From: a virus
IMG/VR virus record: IMGVR_UViG_3300031954_000001
Coordinates: 32,001 to 96,000 of that record
DNA: 64,000 nucleotides
Direction: 5' to 3' (one strand)
Shown: positions 27,781 through 36,772 of the stretch, piece after piece
Numbering within the stretch: position 1 is the first letter of the stretch
Layout: each line of letters opens with the position of its first letter
Translations under genes and position numbers: made by a program
The notes under the pieces: generated by a model
Database searches by the model: none
What the model saw: only the letters and a program-made list of their open reading frames with translations
Told to the model about the DNA's origin: nothing

Positions 27781-27815
27781 GGCCCGCGCCTGCAGGCGGA
27801 ACGCAGGCGCGGGCC
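27781..27815 (+). terminator. Perfect 13-bp hairpin
   Basis: GGCCCGCGCCTGC / GCAGGCGCGGGCC. Confidence 0.6.
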
Positions 27816-27850
27816 TTCCGGCCCAACATCCCAGAACAGGAGACTAGACC

Positions 27851-28399
27851 ATGACCAAGACACTCGACGGCATCGCGATCGCCATCCTCGCCACGTGCCT
27901 GCTACTCGCCGGCTGCGGGCACAGCAAGTCCTCGTCGGCGAACCCGACCACGCTCGTCCCGACCGGCGCGGCCAGCTCGGCACATAGCGCGATCAGCTCG
28001 ATAGAGGCGAACCCAACCACGTCCGCTGAGGCCGCCCAGGCCAAGGCCCTGGTGAAGTCCTGCTTCGCCGGCACGCCGCTGCAGCAGATCCACCAGATCC
28101 ACCTGGTGTTCCTGTCCAGCGCCAGCGGCAAGAACGGCGCCGCGGTCACTCAGGCCCGGGACACGACGTTCACCTGCCTCGGCATCCCGGCTGACAAGCG
28201 GCAGGCGTTCATCAACGACGCGCTCACCGCGGCCGAGCACGCGAACCCGAAGCTGACCACGCACGCCGGCCGGGTGAACTACCTGGAGGTCACGCTGCCG
28301 CAGCTGGTTCTCAAGTACAAGGGCCAGGCCGGCTACACCCCGCCTGCCAGCCCCGGCGCGGGCACCGTTCCCGGCACCGCACCGAGCCCGAGCGCATAG
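27851..28399 (+). CDS. Lipoprotein
   Basis: Signal peptide with lipobox LLAGC. Confidence 0.8.
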   Translation: MTKTLDGIAIAILATCLLLAGCGHSKSSSANPTTLVPTGAASSAHSAISSIEANPTTSAEAAQAKALVKSCFAGTPLQQIHQIHLVFLSSASGKNGAAVTQARDTTFTCLGIPADKRQAFINDALTAAEHANPKLTTHAGRVNYLEVTLPQLVLKYKGQAGYTPPASPGAGTVPGTAPSPSA

Positions 28400-28408
28400 G
28401 AGCACCCT

Positions 28409-29308
28409 ATGACCGCAGAAACCGTACCCGCCCACCGCAAGCCGCAGCCGGTGCTGTGGAACGGCGAGCACGTCAAAGGCCGCTGGCTCCAGACCCGCGT
28501 CTGGGGCGCGATCCTCGGCGTGCTCGTCGTCGGCCTGATCGCCGGGATCTACTTCGCCCTGTGGCAGGTCAACTGGTACGTCCACGTCGGGCCGGTGCAC
28601 TTCGGGCTGTTCAACCTCAAGCGGAGCTGGGACGGCGGGACCTGGTGGCCGAGCTGGCTCGGGCACTGGGCGGACTACCGGCACTACGCGTTCCGCGACG
28701 AGCTGGAACCCGCGGTCGCCACCTTGATCGTGCTGTCCCTGCTCGCCGGCGAGAAGTACTGGAAGTACCGGCTGCCCGCCTGGCAGGTCGCCGTGCGCGT
28801 CGTCGCGGTGCTCGTCCTGGCGATCGGCCTGGGCGTCCTCGGCGTGTACCTGCGGGACTTCGGCCTGCCGGGCGCCTGGGCGCACTCCGCCACGGCTGCC
28901 GGCCACCCCGGGTACAACCTGCGCAGCGGATTCGGCTGGGCCGGCAAGATCAGCCTGTTCACCCTGGCGTGGGGCGCCCTGATGGGCTTCGTCCTGCACC
29001 GGCTGTGGGCACCCGCCGGAGCGACTATCCAGGGCTACTGGACGGACCGGCTGGCCGACCGCGGCCGGGGCCGCAAGCACCCCGCCTGGTACATCCGCTG
29101 GCCGTTCTCCCCGCCGGTCGTCCGCGAGCGGTACTCCGAGCTGTACCTGCACCCGGAGATCACCATCGCCAAGCCCGGCAAGGCCAGCCGCTGGCTGATC
29201 GGCATCATCACGTTCGTCGTGGTGCTGCTCGTCCCGCTGGGGCTGCTGGCCAAGTGGGGCATCGGCGCGCATCACGTCCACGTCCCGTACCTGGCCCCGA
29301 AGGGCTGA
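28409..29308 (+). CDS. Multi-pass membrane protein
   Basis: About five hydrophobic helices; AGGAG RBS. Confidence 0.8.
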   Translation: MTAETVPAHRKPQPVLWNGEHVKGRWLQTRVWGAILGVLVVGLIAGIYFALWQVNWYVHVGPVHFGLFNLKRSWDGGTWWPSWLGHWADYRHYAFRDELEPAVATLIVLSLLAGEKYWKYRLPAWQVAVRVVAVLVLAIGLGVLGVYLRDFGLPGAWAHSATAAGHPGYNLRSGFGWAGKISLFTLAWGALMGFVLHRLWAPAGATIQGYWTDRLADRGRGRKHPAWYIRWPFSPPVVRERYSELYLHPEITIAKPGKASRWLIGIITFVVVLLVPLGLLAKWGIGAHHVHVPYLAPKG

Positions 29309-29321
29309 GAGGAGCCACATC

Positions 29322-30200
29322 ATGTGCGTAACCCTGTACGACGCCAAGCTGGGGCAGACCCGCATCGCGGGCTGGCGGATCCCCGGCGACCAGGAGCACG
29401 CGATCATGTACGGAAACCAGCCGCAGAACCTGGTCTCCGTGCCGAACGCGATGATCCTGCACATCCCGCTCGCGCCCGGCGCGGTCCTGACCATGGCCAA
29501 CTTCCTGCCCACTGAAGGGCTGCGGCACGTCCTCGCGGACATGTGGGCCGCCGCGCCGAAGTGGCAGGAGGAGGGCATGAGCCGCAGCTTCGGCGGGCGG
29601 CTCACCCGCGGCACCGTGGTCACATTCGACATGGGCAGCTACACCTGGGTCGCAGCCACCAACGCCGACGCGGACGAGATCATCACCGCGCTAGAGCAGG
29701 TGCACCCTGACCGCCGACCGCACCTCAGTGCAGGACTGATCCGTTTCTACCAGCAGACCTGGCCGGACGACGCGCTGGCCATCGGCTGCTTCGCCCGGGC
29801 GGACGGCGACGACACCGAGCCGGTCTGCGTGAAGTATCCGCCGCGCAGCTACCGCGTCCTGCGCTACCCGGCGACCGACGCGCACGGCCACATCCCCGCC
29901 TGGGGCGAGCCGGTGTTCGTCAACCACCAGATCATCGCCGGCACCGACGAGTTCGGGATCGGCGGCCGGGTCACCTACCAGGAGGAGGCCCGGATGGGTG
30001 ACCGCCTGGCCGGTATCATCCCGCGGCTGGTCATCGGCGCGGAACTGCTCCGCATCCCGATGATCCAGGGCGATTTCTACATCGACTTCGGCCAGGACTT
30101 CACCCTGCCTGCCGGGTCGGTCGATCTGCAGCGCGCGAACGGACCCGAGCTGGACAGCCGCGCGAAGGCGGTCCCGATGCTGCTGTCCAGCCGCAGCTGA
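29322..30200 (+). CDS. Hypothetical protein (MC...Y.N...NAMILHIP motif)
   Basis: GAGGAG RBS; codon bias. Confidence 0.75.
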   Translation: MCVTLYDAKLGQTRIAGWRIPGDQEHAIMYGNQPQNLVSVPNAMILHIPLAPGAVLTMANFLPTEGLRHVLADMWAAAPKWQEEGMSRSFGGRLTRGTVVTFDMGSYTWVAATNADADEIITALEQVHPDRRPHLSAGLIRFYQQTWPDDALAIGCFARADGDDTEPVCVKYPPRSYRVLRYPATDAHGHIPAWGEPVFVNHQIIAGTDEFGIGGRVTYQEEARMGDRLAGIIPRLVIGAELLRIPMIQGDFYIDFGQDFTLPAGSVDLQRANGPELDSRAKAVPMLLSSRS

Positions 30201-30212
30201 GAGGAGGCAGTC

Positions 30213-30545
30213 ATGGCTAACCAGGGCAACCTGCCGGGTGAGGACTACCAGTCGCAGCCCGGCTACCTGCGCCGCGACGACGGTACCCTCATGCCGGTCG
30301 GGGAGCACCTGCCGCCCGTGCGCGACTCGTGGACTGGCGTCCCGCACCGCTACCTGGTGACCTACCCAGGCCAGCCCGAGACCGAGGTAGACGTACGCAC
30401 CTGGCAGGCCGCCGAGCGCGCGGCCGGGTTCAGCGCCCCGGAAGGGCACAACGCCACCGCCGGGTTCACCGGACGCGGCATCGAGGGACGGATCGAGTTC
30501 GGCCCGCTGGACGGCATGCTGAGCGACCCGGAGGAGGACGCATGA
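30213..30545 (+). CDS. Hypothetical protein
   Basis: GAGGAGG RBS. Confidence 0.65.
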   Translation: MANQGNLPGEDYQSQPGYLRRDDGTLMPVGEHLPPVRDSWTGVPHRYLVTYPGQPETEVDVRTWQAAERAAGFSAPEGHNATAGFTGRGIEGRIEFGPLDGMLSDPEEDA

Positions 30546-30817
30546 GCCACAGTAAGCGGCCGGGTCTGGCGGTCCCGACCCCGGACCGTCCGGTGTTCGC
30601 CGACGACGGCGGGTTCGCTGACCCGGAGATGGCCGCGTTCCATGCCACCTACATCCAGGGCGGGTACTCCTGCCCGGAGCGCGAGTGCGCCCGGATGCTG
30701 CTAGACGGCGGCGCAGGCGAACGGCGCGCGGCGGCGTGGATGATCGAGCGGGGCCTGGGCCTGGAGGACCTGCAGTGGGACTCCGGGATGCTGGAGCATT
30801 ACCGGTCCCGGGCATGA
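30542..30817 (+). CDS. Hypothetical protein
   Basis: ATGA coupling. Confidence 0.55.
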   Translation: MSHSKRPGLAVPTPDRPVFADDGGFADPEMAAFHATYIQGGYSCPERECARMLLDGGAGERRAAAWMIERGLGLEDLQWDSGMLEHYRSRA

Positions 30818-30879
30818 GAACGACCCGGTGTCGGTCCCGCTGCGGCCGGCGTCGGGCGCTAAAGGAACAGGAGACAGAC

Positions 30880-31164
30880 ATGGAACTGGCAGAAGTGATC
30901 GAGGGGATGCACGTCCGGCTGCTCGGCCCGGAAGACCACCCGCTGCACGGCGTGACCGGCGTTGTCGGCCGGGTCATGGGCGCGGCGTGGATGTGGCGCA
31001 ATCGCCCGTCCGACATGATGGACGCTCCGTTCGCCTGGACGGATGGGCAGGTGCTGGTCAGCCTGGACAACAGGCCCCGGCTGCCGGACCGCGGAGACGG
31101 GCGTCACTGCCCGCCGTGGTGCCCGCTGGTCATCGTGCGCCCGGAGGAGATCGAGGCGATATGA
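30880..31164 (+). CDS. Hypothetical SH3/KOW-like small protein
   Basis: GAACAGGAG RBS; G..VR...G..G.V pattern. Confidence 0.6.
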   Translation: MELAEVIEGMHVRLLGPEDHPLHGVTGVVGRVMGAAWMWRNRPSDMMDAPFAWTDGQVLVSLDNRPRLPDRGDGRHCPPWCPLVIVRPEEIEAI

Positions 31165-33350
31165 GCAAGGCGAACAGGCGTAAGCGAGCCAGGAAACGCA
31201 ATCCGGCGCAGCGCTCCGGCCGCCGGGTAGCCGATCCGCGCCCGGCCCGCCGCGACGGCGGGTACGGGCTGACCGTCCACGGTACCGCCGAACCGTACGA
31301 CACGGGGAACCTGCACCCGTCGCTGCGCGGGCTGGGACCGGACGACGAGATCGACGTGATCATCACGCCGGACGATGACGCTGCCCCGCCGCCGGGCGGG
31401 GGCGAGCTGCTGGGCACGCTGCGCAGGCCGATGACGGGCGACGACGGCCGGATCCTGTCCGAGGGCGCCCGGGTCTGGCGGGATCTCCGCACGCCCGCGG
31501 AGCGCCGCGCAGCCGGTGCCACGAAGTTCGGCGAGTTCACCGACGACCCCGGCGAGCTCATCAACCCGGCAGGCGTTCAGCTGCAGGCCCCGGAGGACGT
31601 GATCCTGGACATCGGACGGCCCGGACCAGGGTCGCGCACCGCGATCGCCGGCGGCCCGCACGACGAGCCGCGCGTGGTCGCGGACTACCGGCAGCAGCTG
31701 GAGCAGGACGCGGTCCCGGCCGCGTTCCGGGCCAGGCGCAAGGCGGCGGGCGGCTCGGCGGCCGACCTGGTGCAGGCACTGGAGGAGGAGTCCGAGGGCC
31801 TGGCTGCGCGGCTGGCCCGGGGCCTGTCCGCTGAGGAGCTGGCCGAGCTGGCACCGCAGATCGCCCGGGCCGCGTCGATCGGCGGCGTGGCACCCGGCAA
31901 GTACTCGTTCACCACCGGACAGCCTGAGCCCGGCGGCGAGATCGTCGTCTCCGGCCCGCCGCCCGGTCCCGGACTGGCAACCGAGTCCGTCCCGGCGACC
32001 CTCGTAACCGGCGGCGACGCCCCGGCCCTGGAGCATGCCGGCCTGCAGCCCGGTGACATCATCGCGCCCGCCCAGCCGATCGGCTACATGTCCGCCGGCA
32101 TCCCCGTGCCCGAGGGCGCCGGCCGGTCCCCGGATGACCAGGTGTGGCGCCCGCGCGTGACTACGCAGCCGCGCGAGGAGATGAGCCTGGGTCCGGTCAC
32201 CGCCGCGGTACTGGACCGGGTCCGGCACATCGAGGCCGGCGACCCGGCGATCCTGGACCTGCGCCCGTCCGAGGTGCTGGCCATGCACACCGACCTGGCC
32301 GACCTGATGGCCAACCCGCACGAGAAGGTCTTGCGGTACTACCACTGGTTCATGGAGCGGACCATCGGCGAGGCGCACACCGCCGGCGGGGCCGAGCGCG
32401 CCCGGGAGTACTGGGAAGGCATGTTCTGGCCGGCGACCACGGCCCGGGAGTGGACCACGATCCTGGCCCGGCTGCTGCGCTCGGCGCGCACCTACAAGGT
32501 CACCGCCGAGATGGTCGACAAGGTCACCGAGCAGTATGCCGAGGACCTGGCGTCCGGCTGGTACGCGGTCGATGAGGACGACCTGCCCTGGCCGGCCGGG
32601 TTCGCGTGGCTGGACGCGCCGCTCACCTTCACCGACAAGTTCGGCAAGGAAGGCTGGAACCGGGCGGTGTCCTGGGGCCAGGAGTACCTGGCGCTCGGCA
32701 GCATGAACCCGCGTGACTCCCGCCGGGTGCCCGGCGCCCGGATCGTGTCGTGGTCCTGGCACGACGACCGCGACTCCTACTGGACCCCGGATACCGGCAC
32801 GAGCATCCAGGAAATGGGCGGGCTGGCGATGGCGCACGCGATCAGCTTCCCGTACCGCGCCCGGCTGAACGTCAAGCGGGACGCGCAGGGCCGGGCCACC
32901 CAGGACGACACGATCCGCTGGGTCCGCACGCTGTGGAAGGTGCTCAGCTCGGAGATCTCCGCGACCCGGTCAGACGTCCACATCGAGCGGCACGTCCGCA
33001 AGCGCGCGCTCCGCTCGCTGCGCCACGGCGAGGTCCACGTGGTCACGCTACGCCGCAAGCACTACGTCAGCGACGGCGAAGGCGGCCACCAGGCCAGGAT
33101 CTACACCTGCCGGTGGCCGGTCAACGGCTTCTGGCGGCATTCCCGCCGCGACGCGGACTGGGAGGACGCTCACCACACCTACGACGAGCACGGCCGCCGC
33201 ACCCGGCACCACGCCACCCCGGACGAGACCAGGGAATACTGCGCGATCTGCGGCGCCCCGGTGTCGTGGATCGGAACTTTCGTTAAGGGGCCTCCGGGCG
33301 CACCCTGGAAAGACGACGCCAACCGCACTGTGTTCGTGTTGCGGCGCTAG
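31161..33350 (+). CDS. Large hypothetical protein with C-terminal W.V.G.WR...FVKGP motif
   Basis: ATGA-coupled start at 31161. Confidence 0.75.
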   Translation: MSKANRRKRARKRNPAQRSGRRVADPRPARRDGGYGLTVHGTAEPYDTGNLHPSLRGLGPDDEIDVIITPDDDAAPPPGGGELLGTLRRPMTGDDGRILSEGARVWRDLRTPAERRAAGATKFGEFTDDPGELINPAGVQLQAPEDVILDIGRPGPGSRTAIAGGPHDEPRVVADYRQQLEQDAVPAAFRARRKAAGGSAADLVQALEEESEGLAARLARGLSAEELAELAPQIARAASIGGVAPGKYSFTTGQPEPGGEIVVSGPPPGPGLATESVPATLVTGGDAPALEHAGLQPGDIIAPAQPIGYMSAGIPVPEGAGRSPDDQVWRPRVTTQPREEMSLGPVTAAVLDRVRHIEAGDPAILDLRPSEVLAMHTDLADLMANPHEKVLRYYHWFMERTIGEAHTAGGAERAREYWEGMFWPATTAREWTTILARLLRSARTYKVTAEMVDKVTEQYAEDLASGWYAVDEDDLPWPAGFAWLDAPLTFTDKFGKEGWNRAVSWGQEYLALGSMNPRDSRRVPGARIVSWSWHDDRDSYWTPDTGTSIQEMGGLAMAHAISFPYRARLNVKRDAQGRATQDDTIRWVRTLWKVLSSEISATRSDVHIERHVRKRALRSLRHGEVHVVTLRRKHYVSDGEGGHQARIYTCRWPVNGFWRHSRRDADWEDAHHTYDEHGRRTRHHATPDETREYCAICGAPVSWIGTFVKGPPGAPWKDDANRTVFVLRR

Positions 33351-33377
33351 CAAAAGAAACAGGAGATAGGAGGAGAC

Positions 33378-33602
33378 ATGGGATACCCCGATGATCGCGG
33401 GAACCAGAGCGGGCACAAGAACGCGCGCAGCGCGCACGGCCAGGAGACTGAACAGGGAGACAGCATCATGAAGTACCTGCAAGCAATCGGCATCACCGCC
33501 AATGCCCTGGGCCGGTGGGTCTTCGGTTCCTGGACCGAACAGCAGGCCCGCGACGAGGTCAACCGCGCCCGCGCGCTGATCGGCCGTCAGGCGATGCCAT
33601 GA
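33378..33602 (+). CDS. Hypothetical protein (alternative start 33468)
   Basis: AGGAGGAG RBS. Confidence 0.5.
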   Translation: MGYPDDRGNQSGHKNARSAHGQETEQGDSIMKYLQAIGITANALGRWVFGSWTEQQARDEVNRARALIGRQAMP

Positions 33603-33829
33603 GCCCGCTGGCTAACGAGATCGTCAAAGCGACCGGGTGCCCGGACTGGATCGCCGAAGGTATCGCCCACCTGCCCCCGGGCGGCGCCGGCAACTGGTAC
33701 GAGCCGGACGCCACCTACGAACGCGGCACCGACTGGCGTGCCGAGGCGAGCCACTTCGGCGTGCGGGTCGTGCGGACCACCCGCTGGCACATCGGCTCGC
33801 CGGAGCAGGACCACCAGGAGCAGCCGTGA
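33599..33829 (+). CDS. Hypothetical protein
   Basis: ATGA coupling. Confidence 0.55.
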   Translation: MSPLANEIVKATGCPDWIAEGIAHLPPGGAGNWYEPDATYERGTDWRAEASHFGVRVVRTTRWHIGSPEQDHQEQP

Positions 33830-34104
33830 TCCCGCGTTACGATGACCCGGCCGAGACCGCCCGGCAGATCGCCGCGGAGGTCATCACCTGGCGCAGGCGG
33901 CTGGACAAAGAGACCGAAGCTGGCGTCCAGGCGCGTATCGCCGGCGCCAGGCGGGCTCCCGGCCGCGGGGTCAAGCAGCTCATGGACGACCGCCGCGTGG
34001 TCGAGGGCATGGTCCGCGCGCTCGCGTACGTCATCGGCCACCCGGGCGAGTACTGGGCCGCCGAGCAGTTCATCAGGGAACAAGAACAGGAGAACGCGAC
34101 ATGA
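33826..34104 (+). CDS. Hypothetical protein
   Basis: GTGA coupling, AGGAG RBS. Confidence 0.6.
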   Translation: MIPRYDDPAETARQIAAEVITWRRRLDKETEAGVQARIAGARRAPGRGVKQLMDDRRVVEGMVRALAYVIGHPGEYWAAEQFIREQEQENAT

Positions 34105-34745
34105 ACACCACCAACACGGCACGCGCCGCACAGCGGAACAAGGCAGCCGCGACCCGCCGCCGGACCGCGGCGATCAAGGAACTCGGGCTGATCATCGACG
34201 TGGCCACCCAGCACAAGGGCCTGCTGGAAAGCGACCCGCCGCAGGTCCCGGAGTCCACCTTCATCAACCGGGCGGTCAAGTACGAGGGCCTGCTCGGGGA
34301 GATGCAGCTGCTGGCCCTGCTGGCCGAGGGCGCGGAGATGCCCGGAGATGACGCGGACGCCGACGACGGCAAGGTCACCGTGGGCCGGGACGACCTGCTG
34401 CCGCTGCTGCAGGCGATCCGCTCCATGTTCCCCGCCACGGACGGTAACCAGCCGCTGGACCGGCTGGAGGCCGCGGCCGGCATCGAGACATCCGGACTGC
34501 AGGCCGTGCCCGCGGCACCTGCACCCGCACCCGAGTCCCCGGCTGTGCCCGAGCCCGAGGCGGCACCTGTGCCCGAGCCCCAGGCGGCGGTCACCAGCTG
34601 CCCGACGTGCGGTTCGCCGGACCCGGACCTGCACCCGTCCACGGGTGAGGGCGGTGAGGTTTCCAGCCTCTGCCCCGACCCGTTCCACAGCCCGGTCCCG
34701 GAGACCGTCCAGGCGGCCTACGCGAAGCCGGTGCAGCCGTCGTGA
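34101..34745 (+). CDS. Hypothetical protein with C-terminal CxxC...C...H motif
   Basis: GAACAGGAG RBS. Confidence 0.7.
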   Translation: MNTTNTARAAQRNKAAATRRRTAAIKELGLIIDVATQHKGLLESDPPQVPESTFINRAVKYEGLLGEMQLLALLAEGAEMPGDDADADDGKVTVGRDDLLPLLQAIRSMFPATDGNQPLDRLEAAAGIETSGLQAVPAAPAPAPESPAVPEPEAAPVPEPQAAVTSCPTCGSPDPDLHPSTGEGGEVSSLCPDPFHSPVPETVQAAYAKPVQPS

Positions 34746-35038
34746 CCGGGGTCAGCCTGCACTACGGGCCGGGCGCCTGGACCGACGAGCACGGCGTCAT
34801 GCGGTGGAAGAAACGGTACCGGACCGAGGACGGCCGCGACTGGAACGAGCCGGCGACCGGCCAGGAGATCGCGGACCTGCCAGGCGACGCGCTGGTCATC
34901 GTCGGCCCGAACGGCAGCCCGAAACCCAAGAGGGAGTACGACGGCCTGGTCATCGCCGGGTCGCCGTTCCTGCCGGCGATCGCGCACCTGATCCCGGTCT
35001 ACATCGAGGGGGAGGACCCGGCTTATGCCGAGCATTGA
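34742..35038 (+). CDS. Hypothetical protein
   Basis: GTGA coupling. Confidence 0.6.
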   Translation: MTGVSLHYGPGAWTDEHGVMRWKKRYRTEDGRDWNEPATGQEIADLPGDALVIVGPNGSPKPKREYDGLVIAGSPFLPAIAHLIPVYIEGEDPAYAEH

Positions 35039-35312
35039 GGTAATCCCGCACTACGAGGCCGGACACGGCATCCGCCCGCCGAACAGGCGCGGGCGCTATC
35101 GTGCGGTCGCCTGGGAGCTCGTCCCGGGTGGCGGCATGGAGCTGTGGCACTGCGACCACGACCACGCGCCCGGTGTCCGGAAGGTTCAGGACGCCAGCGA
35201 AACCGAACGCGAGGCTGCCGAGCAGTGCGCGAGAGACTGGCTGGCCGGGCGAATCCGCGACGGGCACCTGCACCCGCTGCCGGTGATCCGGGAAGGGGAG
35301 TGGGACCAGTGA
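35025..35312 (+). CDS. Hypothetical protein (C.H.H motif)
   Basis: GGAGG RBS. Confidence 0.6.
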   Translation: MPSIEVIPHYEAGHGIRPPNRRGRYRAVAWELVPGGGMELWHCDHDHAPGVRKVQDASETEREAAEQCARDWLAGRIRDGHLHPLPVIREGEWDQ

Positions 35313-35560
35313 GCTGGACGACGACCGACGTGGAAGCGTGGCCGGACGAATTCCCGCACGACCACCTCTCCGGGCCACTGTGCGCCGGGGCGGCCGGCTG
35401 GGAGAACGCGGACTATTGCGGCCACGACACGTGCGAGGCCATCGACTTCGGCGGCTGCATGGGCTGCCGGGCCGAGGAGGCCAGCTGGCTGGACTTCGCA
35501 GCCCGCGCCGAGCGCCTGATGGCGGAGCGGAGCGGCGTGATCAAGGTGAGCGTGCCGTGA
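35309..35560 (+). CDS. Cys-rich hypothetical protein
   Basis: GTGA coupling. Confidence 0.55.
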   Translation: MSWTTTDVEAWPDEFPHDHLSGPLCAGAAGWENADYCGHDTCEAIDFGGCMGCRAEEASWLDFAARAERLMAERSGVIKVSVP

Positions 35561-35739
35561 GGGAGACCGAGCATGACGAGCCGCCCCCGCCGGGCACGAT
35601 CACGCGGTGGTTCATGCCGATCGGCCGGGAAGGCCGGGCGATTACCGGGCCCGAGGCGGACGACGGCATGACGGCCGGGCAGATTGCCTTGTGCAATCAG
35701 TGTTCGCGGCCGGACCGGCTCGTCTACCATGACTGCTAG
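35557..35739 (+). CDS. Hypothetical protein
   Basis: GTGA coupling. Confidence 0.45.
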   Translation: MRETEHDEPPPPGTITRWFMPIGREGRAITGPEADDGMTAGQIALCNQCSRPDRLVYHDC

Positions 35740-35845
35740 TGCTGGCGGGATCAGCGGCCTGGCGCTGGCCATCCTGGGAGGGATCGCCGTGCTCGTCATC
35801 CTCGCCGGCCTGGCGCTGGCCCTGTGGGACACCCGGCGCCCGTAG
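35729..35845 (+). CDS. 38-aa single-TM peptide
   Basis: MTASAGGISGLALAILGGIAVLVILAGLALALWDTRRP. Confidence 0.5.
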   Translation: MTASAGGISGLALAILGGIAVLVILAGLALALWDTRRP

Positions 35846-35850
35846 CAGGC

Positions 35851-35935
35851 ACGCCCTGGCCGGCTGACGCGGCCCGCGCGGCATCGTGGTGATGGGATCA
35901 CGACTTCCGGCGCGCGGGCCGCCCGCCAGGGGCGT
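35851..35935. terminator. Long hairpin where the rightward and leftward arms converge
   Basis: GCGGCCCGCGCG/CGCGCGGGCCGC core with nested outer and inner stems. Confidence 0.6.
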
Positions 35936-36124
35936 CCGTCCGTCAGGCGCGCTCTCCCTTCAGCTGCCGGCTACGGGCACTGATGCGCGGGCTGGTCCGA
36001 GCCCGGCCCGGGGCCTGCGCCGTCGCAGGACTGATCCCCCGGCAAGATTCGTCAACCGTGAGCGAAGCATACCGCCTGCCCGGTGCATCGCATAGCGAGA
36101 GCACGTGAACGCTGCCTGTCAGTT

Positions 36125-36277
36125 TCAGCTCGCGCAGGTGGCGCACGGCCGGGCGATCTTACGGGCCGCCCGTACCGTGACCTGCTCGGGCTCGGACCGC
36201 CGGCCCGCGCACCACCGGTTCAGGTGGTAGACGCGGGGACATCCGCGCCGCCGCGGGGACAGCCAGACGGGCCTCAT
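36125..36277 (-). CDS. 50-aa Zn-binding peptide (YH...C...PCxxC, Ada-metal-binding-like)
   Basis: Not in track; GGGGAG RBS; MRPVWLSPRRRGCPRVYHLNRWCAG...RPCATCAS. Confidence 0.65.
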   Translation of the reverse strand: MRPVWLSPRRRGCPRVYHLNRWCAGRRSEPEQVTVRAARKIARPCATCAS

Positions 36278-36278
36278 G

Positions 36279-36755
36279 TCAGCTCCCCTGCTGCTGAGCC
36301 CGCCAGCGTTTCACCCGGCAGGTATTTCCGCAGACTGTGGCGTCGATACGCAACGCAGTGATGTCCGCGCCGCATACCTCGCAGCCGCGCTTGCCCAGAG
36401 CTGCGCGCCGATCGGCGCATTCCTTGTGGTATCCCGTTCCGATTACCCATTCGCCGTGCTGGTTGCGGATCGTCGCACCGGGGACTGCGTGCCTGAGCTG
36501 GTGGTCTCGCGCTGACAGTGCTTCCAGGTTGTCCGCGTTGTTCTGTGTCTTGTCGCCATCGACTTGATGGTGAACATGTTTGGACGGATCGGTAAGAAGG
36601 CCGGCTTCCCAGGCTATGACGCGGTGCTCGAACACGTATCCGTCTTTGCGGGCGAGTGGGTGATCCGGTAGGTACAAGTCCACGTACCCATCTGAACGAA
36701 CCCGGCGTTTGGAGCCGTAGCCAGGGCGTTTCCCGCCCTTTCCCCCGATTGCCAT
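36279..36755 (-). CDS. HNH endonuclease
   Basis: GYV.EHR...VHH...DKTQN..DNLE.L...H...H; C-terminal CxxC...CxxxC. Confidence 0.85.
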   Translation of the reverse strand: MAIGGKGGKRPGYGSKRRVRSDGYVDLYLPDHPLARKDGYVFEHRVIAWEAGLLTDPSKHVHHQVDGDKTQNNADNLEALSARDHQLRHAVPGATIRNQHGEWVIGTGYHKECADRRAALGKRGCEVCGADITALRIDATVCGNTCRVKRWRAQQQGS

Positions 36756-36772
36756 ACATGCAGTTTACCGTT

